Origin: an uncultured Erythrobacter sp.
GTDB taxonomy: Bacteria > Pseudomonadota > Alphaproteobacteria > Sphingomonadales > Sphingomonadaceae
DNA length: 64,000 bases
Assembly (NCBI GenBank): GCA_913055155.1
Contig: CAJXJR010000016.1
Coordinates: 19,003-83,002, forward strand
Direction: 5' to 3'
The position numbers and the translations under genes were made by a program. The notes beneath the pieces are model-generated. The model ran no database searches. It saw only the letters and a program-made list of their open reading frames with translations, and was not told the DNA's origin. Shown here piece by piece: positions 58,880 through 64,000 of this stretch. The stretch's first letter is position 1; every line of letters begins with the position of its first letter.

Positions 58880-60630
58880 CAGGCGTCTCCCTCTTCGGGG
58901 AAGGGACGCACGGTCACGGTCTGCATCATGCCGGCGTGCATGTGGTAGAGCAGGTGGCAGTGGAAGGCCCAGTCGCCCGGCTCGTCGGCGGTCAGGTCGA
59001 AGGTCGCCGTGCCGCCCGGCTGCACGATCACCGTGTGCTTCAGCGGCTGGTTCGTCATGCCGGCGCCGTTCACCAGTTCGAAGAAATGGCCGTGCAGGTG
59101 GATCGGGTGCGCCATCATCGTGTCGTTCACCAGCTTCACGCGCACCCGCTCGTCATAGCCGAAGCGGATGGGGTCGTCGGTGACGGCATTGAACTGCTTG
59201 CCGTCGAACGACCACATGTAGCGTTCCATGTTGCCGGTAAGATGGATCTCCATCTGCCGGGTGGGCATGCGGTGGGGATTGGCATTCCTTGCACGCAGGT
59301 CGGTGTAGCGCAGCACCCGGTGGTCGACGGTGTTCAGGCCAAGGCCGGGAAAGTCCATCCGGTCCACCGGCATGGGGGCAACCATGTCGATGCCGGGGCC
59401 GACTTCCACGCTTTCGGGCAGCAGCGAGGTATCGCGCATGGAATGATCCATGCCGTCCATGCCGTCCGCGCCATGATCCATCCCGGCCATCTTTCCATGC
59501 CTGCCGTGGTCCATCCCGCCCATGCCGCCCATGCCCATGTCGGCCATGGTCAGCGTCACCGGCTCGCGCAGCGGCGGCGGCGTGGCACGGTGGCCCGCGT
59601 GCGAGGTGAGGCTGGCAACGCCCATGCCCGAACGGTCCATCGCCTCGGCCACGAAGGCGTGGCTGCCATCGGGCGGGGTCACGATCACGTCGTAGGTTTC
59701 CGCCACGCCGATCTGGAACTCGTCGACCGGTACGGGATCGACCTCCTGCCCGTCTGCGGCGATCACCGTCATCTCCACGCCGGGAATGCGCACGTTGAAA
59801 AAGGTCATGGCGGACCCGTTGATGATCCGCAGCCGCACCCGCTCTCCCGGCGTGAAGGCGAATTCCAGGTCGTCTGCCGGGCCGTGGCCGTTGACGAGAT
59901 AGGTGTAGGTTGCGCCCGTCACGTCCGATATGTCGCGCGGGTTCATCCGCATCGCGCCCCACATCAGCCGGTCTTCCAGCGACATTTCCCCGCTGCCCAC
60001 GGTCATCATCTGGCGGTTGAAGTAGTGCTCGCCCACCATCAGCATGCGCGCGATCTCGTGTGGGTGGCGCGGCGTGAACTCGCTCAAGAGCACCACGTAG
60101 TCGCGGTCATGGCGCGGGTCGGGCATGTGATGGGCGTGCTCGCCTTCGATCACGATCGGGCCGTAATGCCCCGCCTGTTCCTGCAGGCCCGAATGGCTGT
60201 GCCACCAGTAGGTGCCCGTCTGGCGGATGGGGAAGCGGTAAGTGAAGGTTTCGCCCGGACGGATGCCTGGGAAGCTGACGCCGGGCACGCCGTCGTACTG
60301 GAACGGCAGCAGCAGGCCGTGCCAGTGGATCGAGCTGTCCTCGTCCAGGTTGTTGGTGACGTTGAGCGTCACCTCCTGCCCCTCGCGCAGGCGGATCAGC
60401 GGGCCGGGCACGGAACCGTTGACGGCAATCGCATGGCCGCTGCGCCCGCCGCTGCCGAATTGGTGGTTGTCGATGGTGAGGTCGATCACCTCCCCCGAGA
60501 GCTCGCCAAAGCCCTGGCGCGCATGGGTCAACGATTGCCCACGCGCCCAGGCGGGAATGGCAAGGCCTGCCGTGGCAAGCGCGCCTGTTTTGAGGAAGCC
60601 GCGTCGCGAAAACCGGGGGGGTTGTCTCAT
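58879..60630 (-). CDS. copA: copper resistance system multicopper oxidase
   Basis: Tat signal (RRGFLKTGA) and Cu sites (HWHG, HSH, HPIHLHG, HCHLLYHMHAGMM). A Met-rich insert is present. The stop overlaps the copB start by 1 nt. Confidence 0.93.
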   Translation of the reverse strand: MRQPPRFSRRGFLKTGALATAGLAIPAWARGQSLTHARQGFGELSGEVIDLTIDNHQFGSGGRSGHAIAVNGSVPGPLIRLREGQEVTLNVTNNLDEDSSIHWHGLLLPFQYDGVPGVSFPGIRPGETFTYRFPIRQTGTYWWHSHSGLQEQAGHYGPIVIEGEHAHHMPDPRHDRDYVVLLSEFTPRHPHEIARMLMVGEHYFNRQMMTVGSGEMSLEDRLMWGAMRMNPRDISDVTGATYTYLVNGHGPADDLEFAFTPGERVRLRIINGSAMTFFNVRIPGVEMTVIAADGQEVDPVPVDEFQIGVAETYDVIVTPPDGSHAFVAEAMDRSGMGVASLTSHAGHRATPPPLREPVTLTMADMGMGGMGGMDHGRHGKMAGMDHGADGMDGMDHSMRDTSLLPESVEVGPGIDMVAPMPVDRMDFPGLGLNTVDHRVLRYTDLRARNANPHRMPTRQMEIHLTGNMERYMWSFDGKQFNAVTDDPIRFGYDERVRVKLVNDTMMAHPIHLHGHFFELVNGAGMTNQPLKHTVIVQPGGTATFDLTADEPGDWAFHCHLLYHMHAGMMQTVTVRPFPEEGDA

Positions 60631-60643
60631 GCGGCCGACCTAC

Positions 60644-60660
60644 ATACCCTATGGGGGTAT
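60644..60660. promoter_or_regulatory. CsoR-type operator candidate
   Basis: ATACCCtatggGGGTAT pseudo-palindrome centred in the 49-bp copA/csoR divergent intergenic region. Confidence 0.6.
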
Positions 60661-60679
60661 TTCAAGGGGACGAAAGAAC

Positions 60680-60952
60680 ATGGTCCAGCAAACCAAATCG
60701 CTGCTCAACCGGCTTGGCCGCATCGAAGGCCAGGTGCGCGGCATCACCCGCATGGTGGAGCAGGATCGCTACTGCATAGACATCCTGCACCAGATCCAGG
60801 CGGTGAAGGCAGCGCTGGCCAGGGCCGAGGACGAGATCCTCAAGCGCCATGCCGCGCATTGCGTGGCAGATGCCATCGCTTCGGGCGACGAGGAGGAGCA
60901 GCGCGCCAAGTTCGGAGAGCTGGTGGACCTCTTTGCCAAAGCGAAGCGTTGA
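60680..60952 (+). CDS. csoR: metal-sensing transcriptional repressor, CsoR/RcnR family
   Basis: 90 aa with L(N)RLxRIEGQVRGI and the Cys...His...Cys ligand pattern (YCIDILHQ ... HAAHC). Confidence 0.88.
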   Translation: MVQQTKSLLNRLGRIEGQVRGITRMVEQDRYCIDILHQIQAVKAALARAEDEILKRHAAHCVADAIASGDEEEQRAKFGELVDLFAKAKR

Positions 60953-60972
60953 TCCATCCGAAAGGAGGAGCA

Positions 60973-61521
60973 ATGCAAAGGGAAGGAAACTACAAACGCT
61001 TCATGGCGATGGTGGGCACGTCCACGCTCGTCATGCTGGCGCTGATGTACCTCAACACTTACGTGATCGACCACGTGTTCTGGAGCGAGACCCGCTTCTG
61101 GATGATGTTCGTCATGGGCAGCGTGATGGCGGTGGTGATGCTGCTGTTCATGTGGGGCATGTATCGCAACACCGCCAAGAACTGGATAATCATCGGCGTG
61201 GCCGTGGTGACGTTCGGTCTCTCGCTGTTCCTCGTTCGCAGCCAGGCGACCATCGACGACAGCGACTACGTGTCGGCCATGATCCCGCACCATTCCATCG
61301 CCATTCTCACCAGCGAACGCGCCGGGATCGACGATGTGCGCGTGCGCGAACTGGCCAACGGCATCATCCGCGCCCAGCGGCGCGAAATCGACGAGATGCG
61401 CTGGCTGCTGAACGATATCGACGAAAACGGCCGAGCCACGACACTGGCCGAGGCCGAGGCGCGACCGGTGCCGGAATTCGAGGCGAGCGTGAACCCGGAT
61501 ACGCCGACGCCGGGGACATAA
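60973..61521 (+). CDS. DUF305 domain-containing membrane protein
   Basis: AAAGGAGGAG SD, three N-terminal TM helices and a DUF305 half-motif (MIPHHSIAILT...REIDEMRWLL). Confidence 0.75.
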   Translation: MQREGNYKRFMAMVGTSTLVMLALMYLNTYVIDHVFWSETRFWMMFVMGSVMAVVMLLFMWGMYRNTAKNWIIIGVAVVTFGLSLFLVRSQATIDDSDYVSAMIPHHSIAILTSERAGIDDVRVRELANGIIRAQRREIDEMRWLLNDIDENGRATTLAEAEARPVPEFEASVNPDTPTPGT

Positions 61522-61538
61522 GCGCGCCTGCCGATGGC

Positions 61539-62849
61539 TTAGCCAAGGTGAATCGGCTCCACGTCGCCGCCGGATCGGCGCGCCAGCAGGAAGACAAGGC
61601 CGCCCGCCACAAGGATGCCCAGCGTGGGCAGAGCGGCACTGAGTGGCACCTGCGCCAGCATCCACAGCTCGAACGCGGCAGCGACCAGCAGGATCGCCAG
61701 CCAGCGCGGGCCGGTCGTGGCTGCCATGCCGGCGGTATTGCGTCGCCACATCGCGGCAAAGGCTACCAGCACGGCCAGCAGAACCAGCGTTTCTGCTGCC
61801 ACCAGCAGGGCGGCCAATGACTGGAAAGTTCCGCTCAGCGCCAGGAAGGCAACCACCAGCCCGTATACCGCAATGGCGAACCACGGCGTGTCGAAGCGCG
61901 GGGATACACGGGCAAAGGCGGCGGGCAGCAGCCCCCTGCGGCCCATGCCGTAGAGCAGGCGCGGCATGGCGACGAAATAGGTCAGCTGGCCGGTGCCGAT
62001 GGAGAAGATCGCCGCCACGCCGATCAGCACGCCGCCCCACGATCCGAACACGGCATCGGCGGCGGCGGCCAGCGGACGATCCACGTTCGCATCGGCGGGT
62101 GCGATGGCAACATAGGCCAGCAGCACCAGCGCATAGAGCGCGGCGATGATGGCAAGGTTGATGAACATCGACAGGTAGACCGTGCGATGCGGATCCTTCG
62201 TCTCGCCCGCGGCAATGGTGGACATGGCGCCGCCGGAAAAGGCGTAGGCCAGCAGCAGCGCGGTCGCTTCCACTTCGCTGAACTGCGGCGGCACGAAGGT
62301 GCTTGGCAGGCCATTGGTCACGAGGCCGACACAGCACAGCAGCAGGATCGGCGCCAGTTTCAGCACCGTTCCCACCCACACCGCGCCGATGGAGCGGCGC
62401 GTGCCCGAAATCGCCAGCAGCGTGAAAGCCGCGATCAGCGCCAGGATCGTCGCCGTACGCATCGCCGGGTCGTCGAAAACCGGGAAGACGGCGGCGAGGT
62501 AGGAGACGATCACGTGGAAGTTCGCCGCGCGCGCGGCGATGTTGGCGCCAAGGATGCACCAGCCAGCCTCGAACCCGGCAAAGCGACCGAAGGCGGTTTC
62601 GATGTAGAGCTGCCCGCCGCCCGACTGGTCGAACAGCGTGGAGAGCTTGCCGAACACCGCGAGCACGCTGGCGGTCAGCAGGGCGAAGGCGAAGATGGCG
62701 AGCGGTGCAAGGCTGCCGGCGCCGGCATAGAGCAAGGCGGGCAGGGCAAAGATCCCCGCGCCCACCACGCCGTTGAGGTTGATGAGCACCGCACTGCCAA
62801 GACCGATGACGCGGGGCGGCTTTCTGTCTCGATCACTGCCCTGGTCCAT
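61539..62849 (-). CDS. APC family amino acid permease
   Basis: ~12 TM segments with an APC-type N-terminus (IGLGSAVLINLNGVVGAGIFALPA). ATG at 62849 has AAGGGGA 6-7 nt upstream. The track ORF starts at TTG 62873. Confidence 0.8.
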   Translation of the reverse strand: MDQGSDRDRKPPRVIGLGSAVLINLNGVVGAGIFALPALLYAGAGSLAPLAIFAFALLTASVLAVFGKLSTLFDQSGGGQLYIETAFGRFAGFEAGWCILGANIAARAANFHVIVSYLAAVFPVFDDPAMRTATILALIAAFTLLAISGTRRSIGAVWVGTVLKLAPILLLCCVGLVTNGLPSTFVPPQFSEVEATALLLAYAFSGGAMSTIAAGETKDPHRTVYLSMFINLAIIAALYALVLLAYVAIAPADANVDRPLAAAADAVFGSWGGVLIGVAAIFSIGTGQLTYFVAMPRLLYGMGRRGLLPAAFARVSPRFDTPWFAIAVYGLVVAFLALSGTFQSLAALLVAAETLVLLAVLVAFAAMWRRNTAGMAATTGPRWLAILLVAAAFELWMLAQVPLSAALPTLGILVAGGLVFLLARRSGGDVEPIHLG

Positions 62850-62855
62850 CTGTCT

Positions 62856-62886
62856 GTTTCCCCTTGCCGGCAAGACAAGGGGAAAC
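62856..62886 (-). promoter_or_regulatory. Perfect 11-bp stem hairpin containing the permease SD
   Basis: GTTTCCCCTTG (62856-62866) pairs with CAAGGGGAAAC (62876-62886) around a 9-nt loop. On the - strand mRNA the 3' arm contains AAGGGGA. Confidence 0.5.
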
Positions 62887-62909
62887 AGGTCAGTTTGTCA
62901 AACGCCGGG

Positions 62910-64000
62910 TCAGGCCTCCTGGGCGCTGGCGATCCAGTTGTTCACCCGCGTCTCGAGGATATTGAGCGGCACGGCGCCGCCGCCCAGCACGGTATCGTGG
63001 AAGCCGCGGATGTCGAAATCCTCGCCCAGCACCTCTTCGGCGTGGGCGCGCAGTTCCTGGATGCGGATCATGCCGACCTTGTAGCTGGTGGCCTGCCCCG
63101 GCAGCACGAAATAGCGCTGCACCTCGCTGCGTGCCACGGTTTCCGGGTTGGGCGAGTTTTCCAGGCAGTAGGCAACCGCCTCGTCCTCGGTCCAGCCCTT
63201 TGCGTGGATGCCGGTGTCCACCACCAGCCGGATGGCGCGCCACATCTCGCTCTGCAGGCGCCCGAATTCCGAATAGGGATCCTCGTAGCCGCCCATTTCC
63301 TTGGCCAGTGCCTCGGCATAGAGCGCCCAGCCCTCGCCGAAGGCAGAGATGAACTGGCCCTGCGCGCGGAACAGCGGAATTCCTTCCAGTTCCTGCGCGA
63401 TGGAAACCTGCATGTGGTGGCCCGGATTGCCTTCGTGATAGGCGATCGCCTCCAGCGGCGGGATCGGCATGGCCGTCATGTCGGAAAGGTGCGCATAGTA
63501 GACGCCGGGGCGCGATCCGTCGGGCGTGCCGGGGCGATAGTGCTGCGCCGCGCCATCCTGTTCGCGGAAGGGTTCCACCCGGCGCACTTCCAGCTGCGCC
63601 TGCGGCAAGGTGCCGAAGAATTCGGGCAGGCGTGCCGTAACCGCATCGATATGCTCGCTGGCGCGGTCGATATACATCTGCGCGCCGGCCTCGTTATCGG
63701 GGAAGAAGAACTGCGGATCGGTGCGGGTGAAGACGAAGAATTCCTGCAGCGTGCCGTCGAAGCCCACCTGCTCCATCACCGCTTCCATCTCGCCGCGGAT
63801 GCGGGCGACTTCGGCCAGGCCCAGTTCGTGGATCTCGTCCGCCGTCATGTCGGTGGTGGTCATCTGGTTCAGGCTGTGGGCGTAGAAGGCCTCGCCATTC
63901 GGCAGGGCCGTAACGCCGCGTGCCACTTCGTCGGTATTCGCGCGGTCTTCGGTAAACCAGTCGATCACGCGCTGGTAGGCGGGCGCCATCTGGTCGACCA
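62910..64000 (-). CDS. DUF885 domain-containing protein (5' end outside window)
   Basis: HEGNPGHHMQ motif and DUF885-like sequence. The frame is open to the window edge. Confidence 0.8.
   Translation of the reverse strand, partial: VDQMAPAYQRVIDWFTEDRANTDEVARGVTALPNGEAFYAHSLNQMTTTDMTADEIHELGLAEVARIRGEMEAVMEQVGFDGTLQEFFVFTRTDPQFFFPDNEAGAQMYIDRASEHIDAVTARLPEFFGTLPQAQLEVRRVEPFREQDGAAQHYRPGTPDGSRPGVYYAHLSDMTAMPIPPLEAIAYHEGNPGHHMQVSIAQELEGIPLFRAQGQFISAFGEGWALYAEALAKEMGGYEDPYSEFGRLQSEMWRAIRLVVDTGIHAKGWTEDEAVAYCLENSPNPETVARSEVQRYFVLPGQATSYKVGMIRIQELRAHAEEVLGEDFDIRGFHDTVLGGGAVPLNILETRVNNWIASAQEA

Noticed and set aside
55192-62559. Long ORFs 55192..57456 (-), 58654..61521 (+, upstream part) and 60769..62559 (-)
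   Set aside because: They are antisense to the DUF305/propeller gene, copAB and the APC permease. Only the last 549 nt of 58654..61521 (DUF305 protein with its own AAAGGAGGAG SD) is credible.

Overview
High-GC (mid-60s % by eye) chromosomal segment that reads like a Sphingomonadales/Erythrobacteraceae alphaproteobacterium, inferred from protein content only (CtrA, RpoN-LptB, PrfA-PrmC, DUF4167-Lnt-MetK synteny). I support 64 protein-coding genes. Most are housekeeping: mutS, maeB, trmB, ctrA, rpoN, lptB, ppa, hisS, prfA, prmC, lnt, metK, scoAB, polA, kynA/kynU, gluQ. There is one copper-resistance block: copA-copB divergent from csoR-DUF305, plus a DUF305/beta-propeller protein. I saw no rRNA, tRNA, CRISPR array, transposase, integrase or recognisable phage or defence module, and no convincing novel multi-gene system. 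The unexplained structure is small-scale. (1) A three-hairpin ~110-nt intergenic repeat occurs in two copies with fully compensated stem changes. (2) A GIY-YIG (COG2827-type) pseudogene has three in-frame stops and is bracketed by inverted copies of a hairpin repeat. (3) Two lower-GC cassette-like inserts (19656-19939, 26187-26628) carry unrelated small ORFs but share the same pair of boundary motifs. (4) A terminator-ended, anti-SD-motif-bearing candidate sRNA or leader lies upstream of an orphan Cdc48-like double-AAA ATPase. (5) A strong sigma-54-type promoter faces away from rpoN. (6) An operator-like palindrome upstream of a GbsR/MarR regulator shares a 14-mer with a site inside the next gene. 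(7) A CsoR-type operator sits in the copA/csoR divergent region. (8) A perfect 11-bp hairpin sequesters the SD of an amino-acid permease. Many long ORFs in the six-frame track are antisense shadow ORFs typical of high-GC DNA and were rejected. All family assignments come from recognising motifs by eye; no searches were run.
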